Shown in pieces: positions 8,876-18,312 of a DNA stretch of 64,000 bases (the first letter of the stretch is position 1; each line of letters opens with the position of its first letter). Made by a program: the position numbers and the translations under genes. Source of the DNA: Sulfolobales archaeon (GTDB lineage: Archaea; Thermoproteota; Thermoprotei_A; Sulfolobales; NBVN01); the NCBI GenBank assembly GCA_038841535.1, contig JAWBTQ010000002.1, forward strand, positions 77,463 through 141,462, in the 5' to 3' direction. The notes beneath the pieces are model-generated. The model was given only the letters and a program-made list of their open reading frames with translations, ran no database searches and had not been told where the DNA came from.

Positions 8876-10306
8876 TTACGTAAGGGATAGCTTTAGTAGG
8901 AAGTCCGATATCTCGTCAAGACACGATCTCAGCTCTTTCTCGCCTATCGTGTATGGGGACCTAATCCTCCTAGATATAGTAAACTCGACCGAGAGTGGTC
9001 CAGCAGTATCCTTCGGGTTGATCGTTACTATTATGTCTGCTATAGAACTCATAACGCTTGAGAACTCGCTCGTTCCTGTCTCAATAACTATCCCAATAAG
9101 CTTACGGCTCTTTAAATGTAGAAGCAGGTTGATCAGTATATCTTTGTACTCCCTCAACCGCAGATCTCCAGGGGTGACGTCACCTATCGGATTCCCCAAG
9201 AACAGCATGACCATCGGCTTGTAGTGGTCGGCTAGTACTATAGCCTTTTGGTAGAGGTCTTCCGGCAGGTAAGCTGCTGGATTGTAGGCCTCTATTTTAA
9301 TAAACTCACCAAGCACGCTCTCAAGCTTCGAAGGCTTGATCTCGATCCTAAACATATCTTTCATCATTTCTGAGAGCTGATACCAAATGTATGCTGGCGA
9401 GCTCTCGTAGCTTACGATCAAGAGTTTCCCCTTATTATGAAGCGCACTAAGTAGTGCGTATGCTAGAACGTAGTAGTGAAAGTGAAGTCCTGGACTCTTA
9501 ACGTAAACCAGCTCACCTCTATATAAGGGACCTATCCTCCTGTCTATAGTTCTGCACCCCATGGTCTCGAGAGGTCTCTCTAGGGCAGGTGCCGGTATTT
9601 CGCTGAGAGCTGGTGGAGTAAATACTTTGAATCCGAAACCTTCTGTAATTGTGAATACCACCTTAGCTACAGACACGGGGGCACCCCTTGCCTTACGGAC
9701 TTCGAGCTCGCGAAGTAAAAGCCGCCTCACTACCGAGTGTCTAAGGACTATGATTACGTCAGAAACAAACTCTATATCACCTAGCTCTATTCTCTCTTCT
9801 GATAGGGGTATTTCCGCTATGAGAACCACTACTCCACTAATTAATCTAGATAACCCAGTGAAATAGTTCTGAAGGACCGCTCTAGCTTTGATCTCGGAGC
9901 CCAGAGACTTTAGGATAGGAGTTACGGAGTCTACGATTATTACGTTAGGGCTGAATTCTTCTATACTCTTATTTAGTACTTCAATAATGACGCTGCTTAC
10001 AGTATTCTCGGATGCTGTGAGAGGGAGATGTAGAAACTTTAAGTACCCTTTTCTCTCGGCACTCTCTAGGTCAAGCCCTAAGCTCTTCATGTTTTTAAAG
10101 AGTTTTTCTCTATCTTCCTGGACTGATGTATACAGGCACTTATACCCTTTTAACGCGTTATGGTAACAAATGGTAGACGCCAGAGTGGTCTTACCGGAAC
10201 CAGGGTGACCAGCAACTACAACCAGGGTCCCACTGCTTAAAGCACCTCTTAGAAGGGAGTCGAGACCGTCGACACCAAAAGTGTAATTATTCAAACCTTT
10301 ACCCAA
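8876..10306 (-). CDS. KaiC-like / RecA-superfamily ATPase, two-domain
   Basis: FGVDGLDSLLRG...VVVAGHPGSGKTTLAS (Walker A) ...VIIVDS (Walker B-like). The second RecA-like domain has no recognisable P-loop (VKSPGLHFHYYV). The track ORF runs to ATG 10399, but a strong TATA-like TTTATATA (10326-10333, coding strand) lies inside that extension, ~23 nt upstream of TTG 10306 (MGKGLNNYTFGVDGLD). I therefore favour 10306. Confidence 0.75.
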   Translation of the reverse strand: MGKGLNNYTFGVDGLDSLLRGALSSGTLVVVAGHPGSGKTTLASTICYHNALKGYKCLYTSVQEDREKLFKNMKSLGLDLESAERKGYLKFLHLPLTASENTVSSVIIEVLNKSIEEFSPNVIIVDSVTPILKSLGSEIKARAVLQNYFTGLSRLISGVVVLIAEIPLSEERIELGDIEFVSDVIIVLRHSVVRRLLLRELEVRKARGAPVSVAKVVFTITEGFGFKVFTPPALSEIPAPALERPLETMGCRTIDRRIGPLYRGELVYVKSPGLHFHYYVLAYALLSALHNKGKLLIVSYESSPAYIWYQLSEMMKDMFRIEIKPSKLESVLGEFIKIEAYNPAAYLPEDLYQKAIVLADHYKPMVMLFLGNPIGDVTPGDLRLREYKDILINLLLHLKSRKLIGIVIETGTSEFSSVMSSIADIIVTINPKDTAGPLSVEFTISRRIRSPYTIGEKELRSCLDEISDFLLKLSLT

Positions 10307-10325
10307 GAATAATATGGGCAAAGGG

Positions 10326-10333
10326 TATATAAA
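10326..10333 (-). promoter_or_regulatory. TATA-like box upstream of the KaiC-like gene
   Basis: TTTATATA on the coding strand, centred ~23 nt upstream of TTG 10306. The spacing fits an archaeal leaderless promoter. Confidence 0.35.
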
Positions 10334-10817
10334 GCATGTTTGTATATTTTGACCTTTTTCTTGCCTTAAGGACGAGCTATTAGGCATCGATCTCTCCAAT
10401 ATAGACTGCGACCATCATAACATAACCGATGTATTATCTGGGCCCAAGCTCTTAGCCTTTCCATGCTACTTCTCCCTACCCCAATTAATATCTCTCCCGA
10501 TAGTTAAGAGAGCCTGATACAAGCTTGATTAGTTCTTCCTCTAGATCTAGCTCGTTGCATGCTTCTGGATAGTTCAGAGGAAGCCTAGCTTCTTCAATAC
10601 TACTCGAGGGCATAAGCTCCTTGGTGAGTACTACGGACTCGGCAACTCGTTACGCAACTAGAAAAAATGGGCAGTATTGGACATAGTTACGTTCACAGTC
10701 TGGTTTCATTATCATGTCGTTTCCCCAAGCTCTTTAAAAGCGAATAGAGACCAGCTGAAGATAAGATGCTGAAAACGCTATTTATAGTCACGAGACTCGT
10801 TAAGCTAGTCCCACGTT

Positions 10818-12059
10818 TTACATCATGAATGTAGATATAAGATCCGCAAAGCTTTCTCTCCTACGTGTAAGCCTTACCACACCATCGTACACCAATACTT
10901 CAGCAGGTCTAGGCCTCATGTTATAGTTCATACTCATGCTGTAGGTATACGCTCCAGCATTCAAAAATGCCAGCACGTCTCCCTCCTCTAATGGGGGTAG
11001 ATCTCTTGCCCTAGCTATTATGTCTCCAGCCATGCAGAGATTGCCGACTACGTCGACTTCGACTTTGTGCTGAGTACTCGCCTTAGATACGGCCACCACT
11101 TCGTAGTACGTGTCCATCATTACTGACCTAACGAGATGGTTAATGCTGGTATCTACTATAGCGAACGCTTTTCTCAAGCCACCGAACTCTACGACTTTGA
11201 TTTCTACTACCCTAGTTAATAAAATACCTGCATTACCGACAATGAACCTTCCAGGCTCGACTCTCAGCTTGACCTCGCCAGCCCTCTTAGAGTAACCCTC
11301 CACTAGTTCTGAAACCATGCGTCCAAACGCGACGTAGTCGAACTCAGTTTCTCCAAGCTTGTATGGAACCCCCATCCCACCACCTACGTCAATAAACTCT
11401 AGGTCGCGGAGGTTTACTGCAATATCTAAAAGCAGTTTTATTACTTTGAGGTACGGCTCTACAGCGAAGACTCCGGACCCTATATGTGTGTGAAGACCTA
11501 CAATCCTAAGTCTATGCTCTTTAGCTATCTCTAAAGCTTTACTCAATGAATCTAAGTTTATGCCGAACTTGGTGAGACCTCCCGTAGTAGTGAACTCGTG
11601 ATATCCGCAACCAAAACCAGGGTTTATCCTTATCGATACCTCTGTCTCCGGGAACAGCCTGCCGTACTTTCTCAACTGGGATATGGAATCTATATTTACT
11701 AGAACACCTAGCTCTCCGCGAACATACTTCATTTCTTCATCGGTAACACCACTTCCAGTAAACATGATCTTCTCTTTTTGGAAACCAAGCATGAGGCCCA
11801 GCATTACTTCCCACGGTGATGAAGAATCCAGTCCAGCCCCGAGGTCTCTGAGGGTAGTCAGTATTCCGGGGTTATTGTTTGCTTTGCAAGAATAAAGTAC
11901 CTCAACGTTTTTATAGGTAAAGCTTTTAGCGATTTTATTAAAGTTATCTATAACAACTCCTTTGTCGTATGCGTAAAGGGGGGTCCCGAATTTTTCCGCT
12001 AGATCGATAGCTCTCATACCTCCGATGTAGAGATGCGGGCCTCTTACTTCTATCACCAT
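10818..12059 (-). CDS. PLP-dependent Orn/DAP/Arg decarboxylase family (diaminopimelate decarboxylase-like)
   Basis: 413 aa. YSCKANNN (PLP Lys), HTHIGSG, DVGGGMGVPY, EPGRFIVGNAG, GNLCMAGD, NAGAYTYSMSMNYNMRPRPAEV. GAGGT lies directly upstream of the ATG. Substrate cannot be assigned from sequence alone. Confidence 0.8.
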   Translation of the reverse strand: MVIEVRGPHLYIGGMRAIDLAEKFGTPLYAYDKGVVIDNFNKIAKSFTYKNVEVLYSCKANNNPGILTTLRDLGAGLDSSSPWEVMLGLMLGFQKEKIMFTGSGVTDEEMKYVRGELGVLVNIDSISQLRKYGRLFPETEVSIRINPGFGCGYHEFTTTGGLTKFGINLDSLSKALEIAKEHRLRIVGLHTHIGSGVFAVEPYLKVIKLLLDIAVNLRDLEFIDVGGGMGVPYKLGETEFDYVAFGRMVSELVEGYSKRAGEVKLRVEPGRFIVGNAGILLTRVVEIKVVEFGGLRKAFAIVDTSINHLVRSVMMDTYYEVVAVSKASTQHKVEVDVVGNLCMAGDIIARARDLPPLEEGDVLAFLNAGAYTYSMSMNYNMRPRPAEVLVYDGVVRLTRRRESFADLISTFMM

Positions 12060-12262
12060 ACCTCATCACTTAGTCTGTAGCAGAAAACCTAATAGGAGTG
12101 CTTAATACGTAAACACTCTAACCACACCTTAGAACCTCTATCCTAGTAATTCGAATAAATCGTTTGCCATATTTTAAGGTAGTCTATAAGATAGAGCCTG
12201 CTTGGCGCAGTAGTGTACTGAGCTAATCGAGTTCAGACTCACCAGTGAAGGAAAGCAGTTAC

Positions 12263-13228
12263 TCAGCTTTCAACGCACATCAACGCTTTTTTCACAGCCT
12301 TAACGGCACTTGAGGCGAAGACGTACATTACCGGTTCAATTCCTATACCACCTGTATCAGCTATGGCATCAGGAGCTTTATCTAGAATCTCCATTGCCTT
12401 CTCGAGCTCACTAAAAAGCTCTCGCTCAGAAGTGTGGGGACCAACTTTAACTACACTATACCCCTTAGTGACAAGTCTTTGAATACACTCATTATTGTAC
12501 TTAATAACTATGACAGACTTTATGCTGGGGAACCTCTTCATTACGTTTAGCAGTACGCTGGCCGTGTGTCTACTACCTCCTCTAGTTGGATCACCTGCTG
12601 CTACAACTTTGTTATACACCCGGACTATCCTACCCGCAAATCCGACAACATCTCTAAAATCAACTGCTTCTGGTGGGGCTGAGGCAATGTTCATTCCCAC
12701 CTCTGGGACAAGCTCGTGGCCTCTGGGATGAAGACTTAAGACCTCATAAGCAGTCTTAACTTCCTCGACGTAGGGATCCGCAATTTCTTCAAAAAGCACG
12801 CGGCACACACCGCAATCCAGAGGTATAGTGGGAGTAGTCTTCCTATGGATACAGCACATGAGACCTCTTTTCAATATCGAGTTAATGTAGTTACCTAATA
12901 GCTTTAGATACTCAAGGTAGTTACCATTAACTAGCTTCTCTACTAAAGCGTCAGTAATTCTGACAACATCATCTACGTCTAGACCTAACTCCCGGAGGTC
13001 TTCTAAGAGTTTAGGTATGGGAACGCTTAAATACCTACTTACCATAGGTTGTGAAATACCCAACAATCTGGAGATCCTCATCTGACTCAGACCTTTATCG
13101 CTCAGTTTATGAGATAAGATCCCCCTAAACACCGGAATAACTAGCTCACTAACTAGCTCGTACGGCAGCAAACTCCCCCCGAAAACCGCTTCTACACCGA
13201 AAGAAAAAAAGACAAAGAGATCGACCAA
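12263..13228 (-). CDS. thiR: ThiR-like regulator: HTH + CHCC module fused to a ThiN (thiamine-phosphate synthase-like) domain
   Basis: N-terminus: MRISRLLGISQPMVSRYL HTH and CCIHRKTTPTIPLDCGVC. C-terminus: EVGMNIASAPPEAVDFRDVVGFAGRIVRV...GGSRHTASVLLNVMKRFPSIKSVIVIKY...DTGGIGIEPVMYVF, matching the ThiN domain pattern. TTG start at 13228; a later TTG is possible. Confidence 0.7.
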   Translation of the reverse strand: MVDLFVFFSFGVEAVFGGSLLPYELVSELVIPVFRGILSHKLSDKGLSQMRISRLLGISQPMVSRYLSVPIPKLLEDLRELGLDVDDVVRITDALVEKLVNGNYLEYLKLLGNYINSILKRGLMCCIHRKTTPTIPLDCGVCRVLFEEIADPYVEEVKTAYEVLSLHPRGHELVPEVGMNIASAPPEAVDFRDVVGFAGRIVRVYNKVVAAGDPTRGGSRHTASVLLNVMKRFPSIKSVIVIKYNNECIQRLVTKGYSVVKVGPHTSERELFSELEKAMEILDKAPDAIADTGGIGIEPVMYVFASSAVKAVKKALMCVES

Positions 13229-13379
13229 AACACTTTGTCCGTATCTTCAATAGCACAGTAAGACAGCATTATTTAGCCTGATGTGGTTACAGTGCCAGTT
13301 TCTTTGAGTTAGGTGGCTTCCTAGGCAACTTTGCGTAAGGCTTTGTTATATAGCAGTACTTCTTTTTCCCTAGCTACTA

Positions 13380-15044
13380 GTGGTAGTGGGTGTTGGCGTG
13401 AGGGAGTTGCGTAAGGTGGTCGATCCCTATGAAGCACTAAGTACTATTAAGGACGGTTCTATCGTAGCGATTTCCGGGTTCAACATGATCGCTACTCCGG
13501 CTTACCTACTGCTTAAGCTATATGAGCTATACGAGCAGACAGGGCACCCAAGGAACCTCTTCATTATAGCTGAAACCTGTCCTGGCACTCCGGGTAGAGG
13601 ACTCGACGCTATAGGGAGAAAGATGATCGAAAACATGGATTATGCCTTTTTACGTGGAGTTTTAATTCCGTACTATGGATGGGTTCCAAGCATCTCAAAG
13701 CTAGTTGAGGAAAACTTAATTGAAGGATATAACTGGCCGATCGGTGTAGTTTCCCACTGGTTCAGAGAAGTAGCTGCCGGGAGACCTGGTCTAATCACTA
13801 AGGTCGGGCTTAACACTATGTTTGACCCAAGATTAGAGGGAGGGTTTCTCAACGAGCTCGCAGCTAAGAAGCGCACATGTAGGGTTGACGTAGTCACGAT
13901 AGCAGATGAGGAGATGCTACTATACTCTTGCCCGAAGCCTACAGTAGCTCTAATTCGTGCTACAACAGCTGATGAAGAAGGAAACCTATCGATGGAACAC
14001 GAGAGTGCTGTTCTTAACGTATTAAGTATAGCCCAAGCAGCAAGGTCTTCACCAGATAGAGGGATCGTTATTGCTCAAGTGAAGAGGCTTGCTAAGTTGA
14101 GGTCCATAAAACCTAGAGAGGTCCACGTTCCTGGGCCTTTAGTAAACTACGTAGTCACATCTCCAGAGCTCTTGGAGTACCACGGGCAGACGTACTCAGT
14201 TTTGTACGACCCAGCACTCTCTGGGGAACTTATGCCCCCAGAGGAAGCAACGAGAGCTTCCATGCTCCCACTGAGCGTCAGAAAGATTATCGCTAGAAGG
14301 GTTGCCATTGAGCTGGTAACACTCGTAATAGAGGTAGGTAGACCTATCCTTGTAAACCTAGGGATAGGGATTCCTGCCGAAGTAGCGTCGGTCCTTGCCG
14401 AGGAAGGTATTGGAGACTTCGTCTTTACAACAGTCGAATCGGGCCCGTTCGGCGGCATAGCATTAACAGGACCGGACTTTGGAGCGTCAAGAGGGTTCTT
14501 TGCTTTAGTACCTATGGCGGACATGTTCTCTCTATACGAAGGAGGGATAATCGATGCAGCCTCCTTAGGGTTCTTACAGGTAGATCCTCAAGGAAACGTG
14601 AACCCGGCTTTCCTCCCAGGTAGAATGCCGGGAGCTGGCGGATTTCCAGTCATAGCCTTTGGAGCACCAAACCTATTATTTGCTGGAGAGTTTACTGCGG
14701 GTAGCAGGCAAGTGAAAACCTCGAGCGGTGGTCTCGAGATAATCGATGATGGTGACGTAATTAAGTTTGTAAAGAGAGTGTACAAAGTAGTCTACAGCGG
14801 TTCTCATGGAGTACTTAGAGGGCAGAACGTGCTATATATAACCGAGAGAGCCGTCTTTAGGCTTACCGAGGGCGGTCTAGAGCTAGTTGAAGTAGCACCA
14901 GGGATAGATATAGATAAGCACATTCTCTCTAAAATGGAGTTCAAACCTAAAATCAGCAGGAACGTTAGGGAGATGAATAAGGAGTTATTCTATGAAAAGC
15001 CTATCGGACTTCGAAATATAATCCTTTCGTTACTAAAGAGGTAG
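13380..15044 (+). CDS. family I acyl-CoA:carboxylate CoA-transferase (propionate/acetate CoA-transferase-like)
   Basis: 554 aa. An N-terminal EALSTIKDGSIVAISGF and a second-half TTVESGPFGG (catalytic Glu in an E-x-G context) fit a fused alpha/beta CoA-transferase. A TATA-like TGTTATATAG lies ~30 nt upstream of GTG 13380. Confidence 0.8.
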   Translation: MVVGVGVRELRKVVDPYEALSTIKDGSIVAISGFNMIATPAYLLLKLYELYEQTGHPRNLFIIAETCPGTPGRGLDAIGRKMIENMDYAFLRGVLIPYYGWVPSISKLVEENLIEGYNWPIGVVSHWFREVAAGRPGLITKVGLNTMFDPRLEGGFLNELAAKKRTCRVDVVTIADEEMLLYSCPKPTVALIRATTADEEGNLSMEHESAVLNVLSIAQAARSSPDRGIVIAQVKRLAKLRSIKPREVHVPGPLVNYVVTSPELLEYHGQTYSVLYDPALSGELMPPEEATRASMLPLSVRKIIARRVAIELVTLVIEVGRPILVNLGIGIPAEVASVLAEEGIGDFVFTTVESGPFGGIALTGPDFGASRGFFALVPMADMFSLYEGGIIDAASLGFLQVDPQGNVNPAFLPGRMPGAGGFPVIAFGAPNLLFAGEFTAGSRQVKTSSGGLEIIDDGDVIKFVKRVYKVVYSGSHGVLRGQNVLYITERAVFRLTEGGLELVEVAPGIDIDKHILSKMEFKPKISRNVREMNKELFYEKPIGLRNIILSLLKR

Positions 15045-15051
15045 AAGCGAC

Positions 15052-15291
15052 CTAACCCCCCATAACGAGAGGCAAGAGTAGGACACGTGCTCCCGCTTGA
15101 ACGCATTCCTCCATAGAGAGGATTCTGCCTTCCGCCGCTATTACGTAGTGGTCACGCGGGATTCCAGTTTCTTCAAGGACCTTAAGGAGGTCGCGGACGC
15201 TAATTAACGGAGAGTTCGTCTTCACCTTAAGCAACCTTCCATCAGGGTATACTAACACCTCTAGTTCGTAACTATCCTCTCCGTTAGTCAT
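15052..15291 (-). CDS. small beta-grasp (ThiS/MoaD/SAMP-like) protein ending in Gly-Gly
   Basis: 79 aa ending ...LLLPLVMGG followed directly by the stop. Its ATG overlaps the AOR stop by 1 nt (TAATG on the coding strand), implying co-translation with the AOR. The family assignment is tentative and rests on size, C-terminal GG and context. Confidence 0.5.
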   Translation of the reverse strand: MTNGEDSYELEVLVYPDGRLLKVKTNSPLISVRDLLKVLEETGIPRDHYVIAAEGRILSMEECVQAGARVLLLPLVMGG

Positions 15292-17159
15292 TATAATCCC
15301 ACATCTAGTCCCAACTCCCTCAGCTTAGCGGGATCCGGATAGCCGCTTTCCACATCAAGTTTTCTATATTTATAGAAAAGCTTAACCATGTCCTCTATGG
15401 GGCATACCGAGCCCCTGACCGGTCCCTCGTTGAGCGGCTCTCTTGAGAACCTACTAGGCAATATATCCTCAAGTACCTTAAGCCCCAGGTTTAAGTTGAG
15501 TAATCTCTCCAGATACCATATTCTCTCCCCTAACCTTATTACTTCATCCTTATTGGCGCTGTACCCAGTTATGGTGAAGTAGACCTTAGCCACATGGTCG
15601 AAGTCTATAACACCAAACACCGGGAACTTGCACATACCCACAGAGTCTAAGAAGTTACAGAGGTTCTGTGTTATTACAACCGACTTAACCTTATCTTCAA
15701 GGCCCTTCGGGGGCTCTCCTATGCCGTACTCAGGTAGTAGTGCTACACCTCTCTCTAAAAGAAACGTCATGCCCTGTAGGTGGCTTGCCCCGATATTGGA
15801 CGTAGCATAAACTAGTCCTATAGTGTGGTACCTCCTTGGGTGGTGAGCTGGTACTTCGAGACCCTTGACATGTGGTGCGAAGTCGCATGTATCTGGGTGT
15901 ATATTCTTGCAGGCTCTAGCCACACCGTCGGCTAGAATATTGCCTATACCTTCTCTGTAAGCAATCATGTTAACTAACTTTAGCGCAGACTCTACATCAC
16001 CCCACTTTAGTTCAAAACCTGCATCGTATTTCTTTATGTACCCTCTTTCATAGCACTCCATAGCCCAACCTATTACGGCACCAGTGGATATAGTGTCGAG
16101 ACCTAGTTCATCGCAAGCTCTATTGATAGTTATGAGAGCACTCGGGTCGTTGATTAGTATGTTTGTTCCCAATAATGCTAAAGTCTCAAACTCGGGATGC
16201 TTAAACCAAGCATTATCCAAGTAAACCTCCCTGTGGCATTGAATGATGCAGGGAACTTCTGTACCACAGGGCTTTCCTCTAGACTTATAGATCTGCTGCA
16301 TTACTTGGCCAGTTATTTTAATTCTAGCAGGGTCCTGGTCTTCGAAGACCCCCTTAGACCAATTCTTTATAGGGACGTTACCGTCTAGAACGTAGGTAAC
16401 TAAACCTCCAGCAGTGCCGTAAGACTTAAGGGCGCTAGCTCTCGGGGACTTAAGGCAGGCCTCTCCATGCTTCCTGATAAGTTCTGATAGAGATTTCCTA
16501 TCTGTGACTGAAATAGTGGACTCACCGTATACTGCTATAGCCTTCACCTTCTTAGAGCCCATGACCGCTCCTACCCCTGTCCGCCCCGCAACTCTGTACT
16601 CGTTGGAGATTACGCAAGCGAACCTACAAAGGTTCTCACCAGCCGGCCCGATGGCTGCTATCTTTAGGTTCTTAACTCCGACCTCTTCTTCTATAGATTT
16701 AAAGGTTTCAGAAGTCTTCTTTCCCCAAAGGTGGTCGGCGGGTCTGATCTCAACTGTTCCGTTAACTATCGAGATGTAGACTGGTGAAGCAGATAACCCA
16801 CGTAGCACTATACCGTCATAACCAGACTTCTTGATCATAGTGCCAAAAGAACCTGCCATCATGCTTTTCCCTAAGTAACCGGAGAGAGGAGAAATGGTTA
16901 CAAAAGCCGTTTTAGACCCAGATAGGTAGGTTCCAACGAACGGTCCAGCGACTATAATTAGGGGGTTCTCACTTCCTAGCGGGTCTATCCTACCCTTTTG
17001 CTTAACATCTTCGTACAAGAGTCTGACGGCATAGCCCATCATCGAGTACAGCCTTACCCAGTCTTCTCTAAGTGACTGTATGCTGTAAGTCTGCCTAGTT
17101 AAGTCTATTTCTAAGATTTTGCCGGCGAATCCGCCCATACTCAACACTCCCAGAAACAA
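15291..17159 (-). CDS. tungsten-type aldehyde:ferredoxin oxidoreductase family protein (divergent member)
   Basis: 622 aa. The N-terminus GKILEIDLTRQTYSIQSL, then GPAGENLCRFACV, HPEFETLALLG, YATSNIGASHLQG and CKFPVFG match the AOR-family layout. The cluster-Cys spacing is C-x5-C-x3-C (PCGTEVPCIIQC) rather than C-x2-C-x3-C. Confidence 0.9.
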   Translation of the reverse strand: MFLGVLSMGGFAGKILEIDLTRQTYSIQSLREDWVRLYSMMGYAVRLLYEDVKQKGRIDPLGSENPLIIVAGPFVGTYLSGSKTAFVTISPLSGYLGKSMMAGSFGTMIKKSGYDGIVLRGLSASPVYISIVNGTVEIRPADHLWGKKTSETFKSIEEEVGVKNLKIAAIGPAGENLCRFACVISNEYRVAGRTGVGAVMGSKKVKAIAVYGESTISVTDRKSLSELIRKHGEACLKSPRASALKSYGTAGGLVTYVLDGNVPIKNWSKGVFEDQDPARIKITGQVMQQIYKSRGKPCGTEVPCIIQCHREVYLDNAWFKHPEFETLALLGTNILINDPSALITINRACDELGLDTISTGAVIGWAMECYERGYIKKYDAGFELKWGDVESALKLVNMIAYREGIGNILADGVARACKNIHPDTCDFAPHVKGLEVPAHHPRRYHTIGLVYATSNIGASHLQGMTFLLERGVALLPEYGIGEPPKGLEDKVKSVVITQNLCNFLDSVGMCKFPVFGVIDFDHVAKVYFTITGYSANKDEVIRLGERIWYLERLLNLNLGLKVLEDILPSRFSREPLNEGPVRGSVCPIEDMVKLFYKYRKLDVESGYPDPAKLRELGLDVGL

Positions 17160-17293
17160 CTAAAAACTAAAATAATAGCTTGAGCACGACGAACCTTCAT
17201 CAGTAAATTTCAGACCTCTTCTTTTGCGTTTCTCATGTATGCAGGATAGAGTGCTTTGATTCATGAAAAAGTACTTATATCTGTCTAACGTGG

Positions 17294-18307
17294 TTAAGTC
17301 CTCGTCTTCAGCCTCTCAATTAGCTTAGGTACGACAACGAAGAGGTCGCCCACGATTCCGTAGTCAGCTATCCTAAATATCGGTGCTTCTGGGTCCTTAT
17401 TGATGGCGATCACTATTTTCGAGTCCTTCATTCCGACAACGTGCTGAACAGCACCAGAGATCCCAATAGCTACGTAAACATCCGGTTTGACTGTCTGACC
17501 CGTTAGGCCGACTTGGTGGTCGTACGGTATCCAGCCAGAATCTACTGCTGCCCTAGATGCTCCAACCTCACCGTTAAGTACTTTAGCTAGCTCTCTTAAG
17601 AGCTCGAAGCCTCTAGCACCGCAGCCTCTGCCTCCAGATACTATCACTCTAGCAGACTTGAGGTCCACCTTTCTTTTCTCTCTCTTGACTTCGAGTACTT
17701 CAACTAAGCTTTGCTCGCTTTCCGGTATATTCACGTTCCACTCAACAACTTTTCCAGTTCTAGACTCGTTCCTTGGAGGGACTGGAAACAAGCCTGGGCG
17801 AACTGTTGCCATTTGAGGTCTACGCTGAGGTGTCACTATGGCGGCCATGATTTCGCCGCCGAACGTAGGTCTTATTTGGTATAAGATCTTCTCGTATTTT
17901 CTACCTGTTCCAGGGTCTACCCAGTCACCTATATCTACATCAGTGCAGTCAGCAGTAATCCCGGTTCTAAGTCTCGCGGCAACTCTAGGAGCTAGCTCGC
18001 GACCAATTACGGTAGCTGAGAACAACACGATTTCGGGTTCCACTTTCTTGATTACTTCTACTATGGCACTAGTATACGGTAGCAGCTTATAAGAGTCAAG
18101 TCTCGGGTCGTCAACTATGTGTACTTCGTCAGCACCCCTGTATATCAGCTCTTCAGCGACATCTCTAATCTTGTGACCTACTAGTATCGCACCGATATTA
18201 AGTCCTGCCTTATTAGCGAGGTCTCCAGCTTTACCTAGAAGCTCGAGGGAGTGGTCCGCCGGCAGTCCCTCCAGGGTCTCTACGTAGACAAGTATCTTTT
18301 TCGACAT
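17294..18307 (-). CDS. etfA: electron transfer flavoprotein alpha subunit (clostridial/FixB-like group)
   Basis: 337 aa. RTGITADCTDV, IRPTFGGEIMAAI, PQMATVRPG, VIVSGGRG, AVDSGW, QVGLTGQTVKPDVYVAIGISGAVQH. Confidence 0.9.
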   Translation of the reverse strand: MSKKILVYVETLEGLPADHSLELLGKAGDLANKAGLNIGAILVGHKIRDVAEELIYRGADEVHIVDDPRLDSYKLLPYTSAIVEVIKKVEPEIVLFSATVIGRELAPRVAARLRTGITADCTDVDIGDWVDPGTGRKYEKILYQIRPTFGGEIMAAIVTPQRRPQMATVRPGLFPVPPRNESRTGKVVEWNVNIPESEQSLVEVLEVKREKRKVDLKSARVIVSGGRGCGARGFELLRELAKVLNGEVGASRAAVDSGWIPYDHQVGLTGQTVKPDVYVAIGISGAVQHVVGMKDSKIVIAINKDPEAPIFRIADYGIVGDLFVVVPKLIERLKTRT

Positions 18308-18312
18308 TTCTG

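Noticed and set aside
10485-10613. 42-codon acidic ORF upstream of the KaiC-like gene, considered as a separate gene call.
   Set aside because: It is too short and without motif or conservation evidence to list as a feature. It is mentioned only inside the KaiC finding.
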